A DNA stretch of 64,000 nt from Raja brachyura (GCA_963514005.1 OY740791.1:45322001-45386000), one strand, 5' to 3'. Counted from the stretch's first letter, positions 25,810 to 39,560 are shown. Numbers and translations are program-made. The notes: generated from the letters alone by a model not told the origin.

Positions 25810-25999
25810 TGTAAATACCTGAATCTCACACAGGTTAAGGAATAAGCATCTTTAATGTTCATTCCACTATCACATATGCAGTACATTATGCAGTCAGGCT
25901 ACTGCAGCGATTGAGGACAGTAGGCGAGTTCTTACACTATAAAGCATGCATTAGGCGGAGTTATAATTACTAAATATTCTGACTGGCTAACATGCAATA
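25810..25999 (-). repeat. 3' LTR, missing about 11 bp on its inner side
   Basis: Matches 29103-29292 with 11 mismatches in 190 bp by manual count. Confidence 0.93.
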
Positions 26000-28900
26000 T
26001 GCAAAATGCACTGGAGGTGGACCGACGCGGGTATCCCGGGGTACCGGTTACAGCGGGAGACGCAGGGGCAGACCGATGCGGGGAGTGGGTGGACTCGGTC
26101 GCGGCAGGTGATGGAACAGCTGCAACAGGCGTCGGTGTGAACACGAATGGTGGGGCATCAGGACCCGCAGGTGCTGGACGAAGTTCCTTCATAGGAAGGA
26201 GGTTTTGACGGTTGCGTCTGTAGTGGACACCATCGACTTCGACCAGTTAGGAGCGTGGTTCCTTTGAGGGGCCATGAATGTGTCCCAGTTTGGTATGTCC
26301 TTTGTCAGTTTGTAAGCCACCACATGTCCTTGTATAAGTGGTTTGAGTGGCTTGCTGGTCTTGTCGTAAAACCACTTTTGCGTGTCGTGTTTAAAGTGCA
26401 CTCGCTTTTGTACTGCGGGGGGAGAGCGGACCTGCGGCTGCAGCTGTTGCTGGGAGACAGGCAGTGGTCGAAGCGTCTGTCGAGACATTAGCCGCTGGGA
26501 AGGGGAGCCGAGTAGGAGTCCACTAAAACAAGATAGTGCTTCCCGTGCCATTCAAAGATGGCGGTGGCCAGTGATGACCATGGAAAGGAGGGAGCCGGCT
26601 GGGGTAAGAGGAGCTGCTTCTGCTGATGTGGTGACTGGCTGTTGTAGATGGCGCACGCTTCCGTCTTTTCACGTATGTACTTTGTCATCCCGGGCCAGTA
26701 GATCATATTCTGGGCTCGTTTTAGAGTGGCCTCCGTGGATGTCGTCATAGTACTCACTCGGTAAGGCGAGGGGGGGGGGGGGGGGGATGACTGCCTTGTG
26801 ACCTTTGACGATTATTCCATCCTGTAGCACAAGTTCGTCGCGAACCTAGAATTAGGCTCGTATTTTTAACGGGGTGCTTGACTCTTTATTTGGCCATCCG
26901 TTTTTTATGAAGGAGGTCATCAGCTGTGAGGTTTTATCTGTAGCTGTATGTTCGGCAAGGTGGCGTAGACGGTCGGTGGGCACGAACGAGACCTTGAGGA
27001 CTGAGGAATCGTCCTGTTCGATAGGGTGGCATTCGCTGGTAGTGCGCTGGGCTCTGGAGAGCGTGTCTGCGATGTGCATGTCTTTACCTTTCTTGTAAAT
27101 GATGTGGAAGTCAAACCGCTGCAGCTGCATCATCATTCACTGTAGACGAGCTGGCGCGGCATGGATGGGCTTCTTTACGATAGTGATCAGTGGCTGGTAG
27201 TCAGTCTCAACAGTAAGGGCTTTGAGCAGGCGAAGATGACGGCAAGCGGTTCCCTCTCGATTTGGGCATATCGTTGTCCAGTGTCAAGGTGCGAGATGCA
27301 TAGGAGGCAGGCATCGCGTCGCCGTCGGTAGTTGTCTGTAGGCACGCTGCGCCTAGTACGTACTGGGATGCATCGCAGGTGATGGTGATTGGCAGGTTAA
27401 GGTTGAAGTATGCAAGTGTAGGTACGCTGGCCAGCTGGAGCTTCAGTGTCTCGAAGGCTCTCTGATGCTGGGGGTGCCAGGACCATGGGCATTGCCTTTG
27501 TGGGCCAGTTGTCGCAGGGGTACAGAACGTTCGCTGCATTTCGAAATGAATTTGCCCTGGTAAATGAACCATGCCGAGAAATCATTGCAAACTGGTGACG
27601 TCGGTAGGAACTGGTAGTTAGTTGAAGGCTGCAGTCTTTAGTGGATCAGGTTTCAATCCATTGCTGGTGAATGCATGACCGACGTAGGTGACTTCCGGAA
27701 TACGGAACTTGCACTTAAGAGGGTTGAGTTTAAGGTTGATGTCTCTGGCGTGATTCAGTATCTTCTTTAGGTTGGCATCATGCTCAGCCAGATCGCGGCC
27801 GTATACCAGGATGTCGTCAACAATGATGGCACATGGATATTCTGTGAATAGTTGTTCTATTGCATGTTGAAGACTTGGCTGGCTGAGTTGATGCCACAGG
27901 GCATTCCTACAAATCGATAGCGGCCAAATGGTGTGGCAAAAGTTGTTAGAGCAGATGACGCTAGGTCCAGTGGTATTTGCCAGAAGGAGGTTTTGGCGTC
28001 AAGGACCGAGAATACTGTTGCATTTCCAATTTGTTGTTGTCATCGGGTAGTGTGGGCGTTTAATTGCTGTCTTTAAATCTTTGGGGTTGATGCAAACCCG
28101 CAGCTCTTCTTTGTTTTTCTTGGTGGCTACGGCCACGGTGGAGACCCAGTCGGAGGGTTCGCTGACCTCGGCAATGACTCCGATAGCGACCATACGTTTC
28201 AGTTCAGTGTGTATTTTTTCCCGCATGCCATGGGGAACACAATGAGGTGCTCGAACTACTGGTGTAACGGTAGGGTGTGCAGTGATTTTGTAAATCGTGG
28301 GCAGTTTGCCAAGTTTGTCATCGAACGAATCATTGTACTGGGATAGCAACTGCAGGGTCGGCTCCTCTGTCAGGTATACTTTGTGGACAGCACGACCAAA
28401 ATAAACTAGTCCCAAGTCGAGGCATGCACTGATGCCAAGTAGGGTTTCAGTGTTGGGTTGGACAATGTATAACATTTGTTTTTTTGTTTGTTCATTGACA
28501 ATGCATTTCAGATCAGCTTTTCCCAGAGGGTGAAGAACCTCCCCCCCGTAGGAATGCAGGGTGGAGGAGTCCTTTTTCATCAGTTCAGTGCTCCTGATCT
28601 TGTTGAACTCTCTGAGTGACATTACGTTGACCTTTGCACCCGTGTCCACTTTGGCAGTCAGGGCCTTATTGTTTATCACCATGGTCACTGCTGGATCCAG
28701 CAGTTTGCCTGAAGAGCGCAAGAGAGAGAGAACGGCTGAATCATTGTCTGTGTTATTGGAATAGTTCCCATGGGAAACATCGTCCATCCTGCAGCAAAGT
28801 GATCAAGCTTCTTGCAGTTATGACAAACTTCCCCATGGGCGACGCAGAACTGGCGCCCCCTGGAGTAGAAATAATTGCAGTTAGGGCATCTGGTGGCAGG

Positions 28901-29102
28901 CACATCAGGATCATTCCGTGAACGATGCGGATGTAGTGAGCATAGTCCCGTTCAAACATTCGCCAACGCTGGGCTATGTCAGCACCGAGGGGACTTGGTT
29001 TTCGGCAGGAGTTAGCCATGTCGTTGAAAAACAATCACAAATAAAAACTGGGAAATAAAATAAATCGCGGTTAACAGGGTTGAACCCAGTTTTCTGACAG
29101 CA

Positions 29103-29303
29103 TGTAAATACCTGAATCTCACGTAGGTTAAGGTATAAGCATCTTTAATGTTCATTCCGCTATCACATATGCAGTACATCATACAGTCAGGCTACTGCAG
29201 CTACTGAAGACAGTAGGCGAGTTCTTACACTATAAAGCATGCATTAGGCGGAGTTATAATTACTAAGCATTCTGACTGGCTAACATGCAATAGCCAATCT
29301 ACA
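29103..29303 (-). repeat. 5' LTR, 201 bp
   Basis: TGTA...TACA, direct repeat of 25810-25999. Confidence 0.93.
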
Positions 29304-29529
29304 AATATCAAATGTTAAAATGCACGAAATGTGCAGAACAACGGTGAACTACAGTGAATAGTTCTGTGTTATATATAAATAAATGTGGTAGATTTCAGTC
29401 ATTAAGTTACTTATTGAATATGATGCTGCCTTACATTAGAAATCGAAATATGCGGCAAGATGTACAACAAAACTAATTTGAAATTTGTAATAATTTACCA
29501 TTAATCAACTCCAGCTCACTACAATCAAA

Positions 29530-29878
29530 CTCAGAAGGCCCCCGACCCGAAAAATCACCAATCCATGCCCTCCAGATATGCTCCCTGACCCGCGGAGTTG
29601 CTCCAACACTTGACGCCTTACTCAAAGCGTCTGCAGTTCCTTGTGTCTACAATAAATCTAACATTGGATAAAATTTCCCTCATCTCTTGTCAATTAGATG
29701 ATATGGTCTTGAATGGATTTTTAATCCAACAATAACTTTGCTCATGCAGAAGCAAATAGCTACAGATGCGTGATAATACCAAAGGTAGACGCAAACTGCT
29801 GAAGTATCTCAGCCGGGCAGGCAGCATCTCTGGGGAGAAAGGAGGGACGACGTTTCGACTCGGGACCCTTCTTCAGAA
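29530..29878. mobile_element. Two short Penelope-derived elements in opposite orientation (29530-29650 +, 29785-29878 -)
   Basis: gacccgaaa...cctgacccgcggagttgctcc...ctgcagttcct, and gcaggcagcatctctgg...gacgtttcg...cccttcttcag. Confidence 0.7.
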
Positions 29879-29960
29879 ATAACATTTCTTAGTAGAGTTT
29901 AAAACTGCTTGGACAATTGGCTGAAAAGTTAGAATTTTATTATTTTACATGGTGAGTCAT

Positions 29961-30090
29961 AGTCTCAGTGCAGTTATAGGCTGAGACTCTTTGTGTCGCT
30001 GTCTACCAATAAGGAGGTGAAATGTAGCTGGAGATCCACCGCCCATCCCCCAATCCTCAGGAAAGAAAGCAGAATAATGGCGGCGTGTGT
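29961..30090 (+). promoter_or_regulatory. Pcdh promoter cassette (CGCT box/CSE, CCAAT, YY1-like site)
   Basis: gagactctttgtgtCGCTgtctaCCAATaaggaggtg with CGCT at 29997, 238 bp before the ATG; ataatggcggc at 30074. Confidence 0.9.
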
Positions 30091-30234
30091 ACGATCGCAG
30101 AACAAAACATCTCCAAGGATTATCTTAATTTTTCATCTTATTTTCTACATTGATTAACTTATTTCGGATGTGATCCAGAATATTACCAACCAGAACAGTT
30201 TCAGACCGTTAATATAATCCAACCTGCAAATGAA

Positions 30235-32688
30235 ATGTTACAAAAAGGCATTTTCCGTGTGCTTAAAAAGTCAGCGATATCATCCATCTTTTTGCTTTGT
30301 GCGTTGAATCTGGTTTCCGGGCAGATTCGTTATTCCATTCCCGAAGAACTGGAACACGGGGCCTTCGTGGGAAATATCGCAGAAGATTTGGGTTTAAACG
30401 CGGAGGAGCTATCACGGCGTAAATTCAGGCTTGTGTCGGTCGCGTCGATACAGTATTTGGATGTAAATCGCATGAATGGGGTTTTATTTGTGAATGCAAG
30501 AATTGATAGAGAACAAATATGCGGCCAGCGAGTTAACTGTGTATTGGTTCTGGAAGCGGTAGCTGAAAGTCCCGTGGAACAGTACCGTGTGGAGATTCAG
30601 ATTTTAGATGTAAATGATAATTCGCCCATCTTTCAGAACAAAGAAATTCGTTTAGATCTTACAGAATCCACGCTGCCTGGAGCTCGCTTTCCGTTAGAGC
30701 CTGCGCACGACATAGATACGGTTAATAATTCTATTCGTACGTATCAGCTCTCGACAAATGAGCACTTTAGTTTAGATATACGAAGTCGTGGACAATGGAA
30801 ATTACCTGAATTAATAATGAACAAATTGGTCGACCGAGAAGTAAAATCGAGCTTCCATTTGTTGCTTACGGCTCTGGACGGCGGATCACCAATAAGGTCA
30901 GGTACGGCTCATATATCTATTACTATCTTGGATACCAACGATAATCCGCCCGTTTTTGACAAATCGGTGTACACTGTTAACGTGAAAGAAAACGTACCAT
31001 TGGGTACTTTACTAATTAAGCTAAACGCTACTGATTTGGACGAGGGACAGAATGCAGAGATAATCTATCTCTTCAGCAGGTATAATGAACCAAAAATAAC
31101 GGAAATATTTACGATTGATCCCAAATCTGGAGCAATGCACCTAAAGGAAACCTTGGATTTCGAAGAAGAAAGTGTGTATGAGATTGATGCTGAAGCTAGG
31201 GATGGAAATGTGCAGCCGCTATCCACACGCTGCAGCGTGCGCGTGGAAATCACAGATGTCAATGACAACGCTCCTCTGTTGACTCTAAATTCTATTTCTG
31301 GTACAGTCAGTGAAGGTGATCCGAGTGGAACTTTAATCGCATTGATTAGCGTGACAGACCGGGATTCCAATAAAAATGGATACATCGACTGCTCGATTTC
31401 ATCCAATGTCCCTTTTGACTTGAAATCGTCCTTCAGCAATTCCTACAGACTTATCACAAGTGCACTACTGGATCGAGAAACCACTGCTCAATATAGAATA
31501 ACTGTTACTTGCAAAGATCGTGGGATCCCACCGTTATCTACCAGCCGGACAATTGTGGTAAATATCTCAGATATAAATGATAACGCGCCGCGCTTTACGC
31601 AGCTTTCGTACACGGTCTATGTGACAGAAAATATTGAGCCCGGCAGCTACATTGGATCAGTGACTGCTTTAGATCTTGATATTAACAGGAATTCACAGCT
31701 GTCTTACTCTATTTTGGACAATCAAATTCAGTCAGAGCCATTGTCATCCTATCTCTATATCAACACAGATAATGGAAGTATCTATTCTAAACGACCATTA
31801 GATTACGAGCAAATTAAAAGTTTTCAGTTTCACGTTCGAGTCCAAGATGCCGGATTACCGTCACTTTCGAGCGATGTTGTTGTGCATGTGATAGTCCTGG
31901 ATCAGAACGACAATCCACCCTCCATAATATCATGGAAATCTAAGAGCAACACTAGTTTGCGTGTGCCTCGAACTGCAAAACCAGGGCATTTGGTAATAAA
32001 AATCTTTGCTTCCGACGCAGATTCCGGTAAGAATGCAGAACTGTCGTACCAACTGAATCAGGCTAGTGTTCCTGGTCTTTTTAAAGTTTCGCATAGTTCG
32101 GGAGAAGTAAGGAGTGTTCGGAATTTCAAAGATGGCGACGCGACCACGCAAAGACTAATTGTCCAGGTGAAAGATAATGGTTTTCCACCTCTTTCTGCTA
32201 CTACCACCTTGATGTTGACGTTAATTGACGAAGGTATATCCTATCAGCCTGAAGTTACAGAACCTCATCAAGATTTAAAGGGAACGCAGCAGTTGACTTT
32301 TTATATAATTATTTCGTTGGGAGCAACATCTTTTATCCTGTTGGTGGTTATCATTGTTTTGGTTGTTGCAATTTGCCCGATTGGCAACAGGACGGCTTCA
32401 GGCGGTGCTTGCTCTTTTGCCAGCTGCTGCAGCACCAAAAAGTGGGAATGTCAGAATTCCAATGTCAACCTTCAAGTTACGCCGGATTTCCACATCGTTC
32501 CCAGTTTGCTTGAGGTTCGAGGCAACGGATCTCTTTCAGGAACGTGCCGTTATAAGATTCGATCCGCACCTGAGTCTGGTGAAATGTTCTTCGCACCATT
32601 CAGTCCACATATCGCAATGGTTACTGGAAAGGAGACGAGATATGTGCTGCCGGATAGCCCAAGGACGAGGAAGAGCTGTCCAGGCCAG
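30235..32688 (+). CDS. Clustered protocadherin variable exon (818 codons to the splice donor; unspliced ORF ends at 32709)
   Basis: Signal peptide, GQIRYSIPEE, six cadherin repeats, TM, LEVRGNGSLS tail, phase-0 donor CAG|GTGAGT. Confidence 0.96.
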
Positions 32689-32963
32689 GTGAGTGATAAC
32701 AATGTGTAAAACGTCAATATTAAAACAAAATTGTACCCAACTCAGAGATGGAAGTTGGCTTCCACACACAGACCCATTCTTTTGTACAACCACCAGTTCC
32801 AGTATTTCAGTTAGATTTGCAATACCTGAAATTTCTTAAACAAGTACCTGCACAAAATATCTGACTTTCCGATCCACACATTGTAATTTGTTTCTTTGCT
32901 GACGTGCAATAATCTGCATGAACAAAAAAAAAATATTTGTGGAAGTCAATATTACAACTAACC

Positions 32964-33164
32964 ATGTGTTAAAGAAGGAACTGCAGATGCTGGAGAATCG
33001 AGGGTTACACAAAAAGCTGGAGAAACTCAGCGGGTGCAGCAGCATCTAAGGAGCGAAGGAGATAGGCGACGTTTCGGGTTCTCGACCAGAAACGTCGCCT
33101 ATCTCCTTCGCTCCTTAGATGCTGCTGCACCCGCTGAGTTTCTCCAGCTTTTTGTGTAACCCCC
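32964..33164. mobile_element. Palindromic Penelope-derived element with a 12-bp TSD
   Basis: Perfect 74-bp inverted arms at 33002-33075 and 33089-33162; TSD ttacaactaacc (32952-32963, 33165-33176). Confidence 0.9.
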
Positions 33165-33708
33165 TTACAACTAACCCTGCCTCTCTAGTGCGCCTTTGAT
33201 GTGATTATGTCATTTTAATACTGGAACAGTGCAGACAAATATTATGAACTATCTTGGCAATGCAAAATAAATATTAACGAAGTTCATTTTCTTGCATAGA
33301 AGAGGACATTCAGAAGGAATTGAACCAGGCAATTCTGTATGTTTGATACAGAAAATGTACAATTTTCGCTGAAAGTGCAATCATTTCCCCTTGTTTCCAG
33401 CGTTAGCTAAATTATATTAGAGGCAACTCAGAACATCCTGGGATAGCATTCGATCAGTTCTTAGTAACTGATTCTTTTATAAATACACACAAAATGCCGA
33501 ATAATATTCATTTATTGTATAAATACATAGTTAATGGCTTTTAGTGGGCAAAACAACGCTATCGGATATAACGAGGGTGTATTGCTAATACGATTTTGCT
33601 TCGCTTTTTGAAATCATTTTCATTTCATACCGTAAAATAAAAGTCTCAAATATCAAGGCGGAGTAAAAAAAAAAGGGAGCTGCAATTAGGATTAATGGTG
33701 ATTAATGT

Positions 33709-34815
33709 AAACATAGAACATAGAAACCTAGAAAAATAGGTGCAGGATTAGGCCATTCGGCCCTTCGAGCCTGCACCTCCATTCATTATGATCATGGCTG
33801 ATCATCCAACTCAGTATCCCGTACCTGCCTTCTCTCCATAGCCCCTGATCCCTTTATCCACAAGAGCCACATCCAACTCCCTCTTGAATATAGCCAATGA
33901 ACTGGCCTCAACGACCTTCTGTGGCAGAGAATTCCAGAGACTCGCCACTCTCTGTGTAAAGAATGTTTTCCTCATCTTGATCCTAAAGGAATTCCCTCTT
34001 ATCCTTAGACTGCGACCCCTTGTTCTGGACTCCCCCAACATCCGGAACAATCTTCCTGCATCTAGCTTGTCCAACCCCTTAAGAATTTTGTAAGTCACCT
34101 GACCTGCCTCATTTCCTAACAGGAGGTCCAGCACTGCCCCTTCTCTGGTCGATACCTCTATTTATTACTGCAAAAAAACTATCCTGCACACATTTTACAG
34201 ACTCCAAACCATCCAGCCCATTTACAGAATGTGTTTCCCAGTCCATTTTTGGAAAATTGAAATCTCCCACAATCACTACCTTGTGCTTACTACTAATATC
34301 TGCTATCTCCTTACATATTTGCTCTTCCAATTCTCGCTCCCCATTTGGCGGTCCATAATACACCCCTAAAAGTGTTGCTACACCTTTCCCACTTCTCAGT
34401 TCCACCCAAATAGCCTCCCTAGACGAGCCCACTAATCTATCCTGCCAAAGCACTGCTGTAATATCTTCTCTGACAAGCAATGCAACACCTCCACCTCTGG
34501 TCCCTCCAATTCTATCACACCTGAAGCAACGAAATGCTGGAATATTTAGTTCCAATCACAGCCCTCCTGCAACCATGTTTCACTGATTGCCACAACATCA
34601 TATTTCCAGGTGTCAATCCAGGCTCTAAGTTCATCCACCTTTCTTACAATGCTCCTAGCATTAAAATATACACATTTCAGAAACCCACCATCCCTTATTC
34701 TCTGTTTATTATCTTTTTCCTCTTTCTCGCCTACATTTTGGGTCCGAGTGCTTCCCTTCTCTGCCTGTTGCCCCACACACTGTCCCCTAGCCCCCTCTAC
34801 CCGAGAGGGAGCTAG
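33709..34815 (-). mobile_element. CR1-clade LINE with a large internal deletion (endonuclease joined to the 3' end)
   Basis: APE motifs YFNARSI, AISETWL, GGGVALLV, GVYYGPPN and VGDFNFP fused at about 34095 to YKILKGLD...FFTQRV-LWNSLP, the 3' UTR and an (aacatag)-type tail. Confidence 0.9.
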
Positions 34816-36698
34816 CACAAAGCAGTCACCAGTTGGAGGTCATCGTTCAGCACATCTGACCTGTATCTCATCTGATCAACTCAACACTGTTTACAGTCAA
34901 CCAGTGCAAAGTCGATTGCAGCCGACACATGCTTCCAACAATCCTGACCACAAATCCTGCCATGATCTTGCCCGAAAATACCTATTCTAATATTTCATCA
35001 TCACTTGCATTATCTTTACCTGTTCTGGTATAAACAACACTTGACAGATGGCATGAAATGTCTGCATTTTGAGTAAAAGCATATTTTCCCCCATATTATT
35101 GTTGACACGGCACTCAGAATTCCTGTTCCATTTTCAAGGCATGCTCCCATGCCACTTCTCTCATCCATCGAAAGGATAGGGGTCCTCTTAATGTCAATAT
35201 CCATATCGCAGGATCTGCATTGAAGAGATCCACCCCCTTCACGCCAGGATATCTTCATATGCAAATGGGGAGATATAACATTATTTCACGGTGGCACCAA
35301 GGCGCGCAAACACTCTTTCACGTTGGCACCAAGGTGCGCAAATATTTATTTAGTTAAATTATAATTTTACTTTCATTTTTTGAATTCCATTAACTGCTTC
35401 CCTTGTGTATAATGACTGCACTGTTGGAGCAAATTCATACTGAGGGATTGATTTACTGGCTCTCTCCTTTCTGTCTATGAAATTAATCCTATGGTCCCTG
35501 CCTTTAATTGCCCAGCCCACTCCAACGCTTATTTATTTCGCGTGGCTTTTAATAGCATGTCATCTTCTGCACCGGCTAATGATAACCAGAAAAACACTAA
35601 ACGAAATGACGTTCAGATAACCAAAGTTTGAAATGTCTTCAACTTGCAACATCAAATTTGGGCTATCTTATTCGTATTTTGTTGCGTGATGTGCTGCCTA
35701 TCCCCGAATTTGTTTTTTTTTTTACTTACCCTTTGCAGCGTATTACATCTGGCAGTTTAGCATTCTTGCTCCGTCTCTTTCCACCTTAATTTATCTCATT
35801 CTCTCCAGTCTCTTATCTCCTATGAACTCATTCCTACCTTCTCCGTCTATTTGGTTAATTTCACCTTTCTTGCCAAAATAATCTTCCGTAAATTTTCACC
35901 CGCGTCCCTTCTCCGCCACCACTATAATTGACGTCATTCTCGTTCTCATGCTCTGCAGTCTACTGCAAACATGCCCACGGTACTCTCAAATCTTTCATAT
36001 TTTCTGCAATACGAATCTGTTCTAACTTTTTAACGTTTCGCAAATTTGATAACTTTTTAACGTTTCGCAAGGTCATCAATCTGCAATATAATCATTGTTT
36101 TTCACGATATTTCGAATGTTTCAGCTATCATTGGAAGCAGTCAGTAGTTTATTTTGCTTTTTCAAGAAGTACAAGCTCCTAAAAGGAGGGACGCTTGTCG
36201 TTCACATCTGACCCGTCAGTTCTGTACAGGACTTTTGAATAGTATTGCAGATCTTTGTATAAACGATTGTTACGGGTGCTTTTATCCTTATCTTCCGTGT
36301 TACTTTCCTTCAAATAGTTTGTAATACTGTAAATAAAATTCGTCTGTTGACTAGTTTTGCAATGATCCGGAAATAAATATTGAGACCCAAGAAACTGCAA
36401 CGGTTGGAATCTTGAGCAAAATTAAAACAAAGTGCTGAAGGTGGAAGGCATCTGTGGAGGGAATGTATACTGGGTTGTAACCCATTGAATTACAGCAGCA
36501 CTTTGTTTTTATACTCCTGGAATAAACAAAACATTACATCAATTTTAACAAATTACCAGAGATTTCGAAAGGTTTTGACAGCCCTTTGACAACAGATCAG
36601 TATCGTCTCTTTGGCTTCACCAGTATACATTAAATCACCACTGGTTGCTTAATGTACTTCCAACTTAGTCACAGTCATAGATTAATATACACAAAGAA

Positions 36699-37610
36699 CC
36701 ATAGAAACATAGAAAAGAGGTGCAGGAGTCGGCCATTCGGCCCTTCGAGCCTGCATCTCCATTCAATATGATCATGGCTGATCATCCAACTCAGTATCCC
36801 GTACCTGCCTTCTCTCCATACCCCCTGATCCCTCTAGCCACAAGGGTCACATCTAACTCCCTCTTAAATATAGCCAATGAACCGGCCTCAACTACCTTCT
36901 GTGGCAGAGAATTCTAAAGACTCGCTACTCTCTGTGTGAAAAATGTTTTTCTCATCTCGGTTCTAAAAGATTTCCCCCTTATCCTTGAACTGTGACCCCT
37001 TCTTCTGGACGTTCCCAACATCCCAACGGGAACAGTCTTCCTGCATCTAGCCTGTCCAACCCCTGAAGAACCTTGTAAGTTTCCATAAGATCACCCCTCA
37101 ATCTTCTAAATTCTAGCGAGTACAAGCCGAGTCTATCCAGTCTTTATTCTTATGAAAGTCCTGGCATCCCAGGAATCAGTCTGGTGAACCTTCTCTGTAC
37201 TCCTTCTATGGCAAGAATGTATTTCCTCAGACTTGGAGACCAAAGCTGTGCGCAATACTCCAGGGTGGTCTCACCAAGACCCTGTGTAACTGCAGTAGAA
37301 CCTCCCTGCTCCGATACTCAAATCCTTTTGCTATGAATGCTAACATACCATTCGCTTTCTTCACTGCCTGCTACACCTGCATGCCTACTTTCAGTGACTG
37401 GTGTACCAAGACACCCAGGTCTCGTTGCATCTCCCCTTTTCCTAATCGGCCACCATTCAGATAATAGTCTACTTTCCTGTTTTTGCCACCAAAGTGGATA
37501 ACCTCACACTTATCCACATTATACTGCATCTGCCATGCATTTGCACACTCACCCAGCCTATACAAGTCACCTTGCAGCCTCCTGGCATCCTCTTTACAGC
37601 TAACACTGCC
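36699..37610 (-). mobile_element. CR1-clade LINE 3' fragment
   Basis: LQGDL...WQMQYNVDKCEVIHFG...RDLGVLV; same 3' UTR and catagaaa tail as the element at 33709. Confidence 0.9.
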
Positions 37611-37620
37611 CCCCCCCCCC

Positions 37621-39560
37621 AATAGGAAATAGGCCCTTCGGCGCAACTCTCCCACACCGGCCAACAATGTTCTAGCCACCCTAGTCCCACTTACCTGCGC
37701 TTGATCCATAAACCTTCACACCTGTCCTATCCATGTACCCGTCCAACTGTTTCTTAAACGATGGGATAGTCCCATACACCCAGCACCCTCTGTGTTAAAA
37801 ACGTTACCTCTCGGATTCCTATTAAATCTTTTCTCCTTCACCTTGAACCTATGTCCTCTGGTCCTCGATTTCCCTTCTCTGGGTAAAAGACTGTGCATCT
37901 ACCCGATCTATTCCTCTCATGATTTTGTATACCTCTATAAGATCTCCCCTCATCCTCCTACGCTCCATGGAATAGAGACCCAGCCTACTTAACCTCTCCC
38001 TATAGCTCACATCCTCTAGTCCCGGCAACATCCTCGTAAATCTTTTCTTAACCCTTTCAGGCTTGACAATATCTTTCCTATAACATGGTGCCCGGAACTG
38101 AACACAATACTCTAAATGCGGTCTCACCAATGTCTTATACAACTGCAACATGACCTCCCAACTTCTTTACTCAATACTCTGATCAAGGCGAAAGTGCCAA
38201 AAGCCTTTTTGAGCACCTTATCTGCCTACGACTGGATCTTCATGGTACCATGCACTTGTATTCCTAGATACCTCTGCTCTTCAACACTACCCAGAGGCAT
38301 ACCATTCCTGTGTAGGTCCTGCCCTTGTTCGACGTCCCAAAATGCACCACCTCACACTTCTCTGTATTAAGTTCCATCAACCATTTGTCCGTCCACCTGG
38401 CCAATCGATCCAGATCCTGCTGCAAACGTTCACAACCATCTGCAAAACCACTAACTTTTGTATCACCAGCAATCTTGCTTATCTTGCCCTGCATGTTCTC
38501 ATCCAAATAATTGATGTTAGAGGACATACAGTAACGGGCCCAGCACCAAACCCTGTAGCACACCACTAGTCACAGGCCTCCATTCTGAGAAGCAACCTTC
38601 CACCATCACCCTCTGCTTCCTACCATTGAGGCAATTTGCTATCCATTCAGTTACTTGGATCCCATGAGATCTAACCTTCCTAAGGAGCCTACCATACGGC
38701 ACCTTGTCGAACGCCTTACTAATGTCCATGTACAGAACATCTACAGCTCTTGCCTTCTTCAACCTTTTTGCTCAAGTCTTCACAAAAAATAATCAGATTT
38801 GTGAGGCACGACCTCCCACGTGCAAAACCAGGTTCGCTGTCCATAATTAGCTCTTGCCCATCCAAATGCTCGTATATCCTATCCCTCAGAATACTCCCCA
38901 GTAACTTATCAATTTCAGATGTTAGGCTCACCACCCTATGGTTCCCAGCATTTTCCCTGCAGCCCTTCTTGAAAAGAGGCACTCCATTTGCCACCCTCCG
39001 CTACTCTGGCACCTCTCCTGTATTTAAGGACGACTCATACATTTCAACCAGGGCTCCCACAATTTCCCATGTAGTTTCCCGCAATGTCCTCGGATATATC
39101 TGATCTGGCCCCGGAGATTTGTCTAACTTCAAATACGACAGTACCTCAGTACTTCCTCGGCGGTAACCTTGACTGCTCTCACGACAGTTCCAGTGACTGC
39201 TCCAATTTCCTCCGTCCCATTAAAAAATATAATAATTGAGGACCTTGCCCATCTCCTGTGGCTCCATACAGAGGTGACCGCGTTTATTCCTGAGAAGTCC
39301 CACTCTCCCTCTCGTTATCCTTTCCCCTTAATGTATTTATAACATCTTTTGCGATTGTCTTTTATGCTACCTGCCATAGCTATCTCCTGGCCGCTTTTCG
39401 CCCTTCTGATCTCCTTTCTTAATTTGCTCCTTAGTTCCCGAACACCTCCAGGGATGCACTTGATCTCGGCTGTCTATACTTGTCCCATGTGTCCTTTCTT
39501 TCTGAACCAATACCTCTCTGTCCCTCGTCAGCCAAGCTTCCTTACGTTTGCATGCTTTGC
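37621..39560 (-). mobile_element. Second CR1 family, RT region
   Basis: DVLYMDISKAFDKVP, VTSGVLQGLVLGPLL, LYKTLVRPHLEYCVQF and RRMRGDLIEVYKI, frameshifted. Confidence 0.9.

Larger units (their letters stand above)
25810..29303 (-). mobile_element. Gypsy (Mag-like) LTR retrotransposon, internally deleted, with both LTRs and a 5-bp TSD
   Basis: TGTA...TACA termini; TSD aatat (25805-25809, 29304-29308); PBS-like tgctgtcagaa next to the 5' LTR; gag zinc knuckles (CPNC...C, CHNCKKLDH), protease VDTGAKVNV, RT LRVCINPKDL and IVDDILVYG, RNase H TCDASQYVLGA, integrase YLVLVDSYS. Confidence 0.95.

Noticed and set aside
35284-35342. 27-bp direct repeat (tttcacg-tggcaccaagg-gcgcaaa), and a 21-bp repeat at about 36023-36070
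   Set aside because: Isolated two-copy slippage duplications with no further support.
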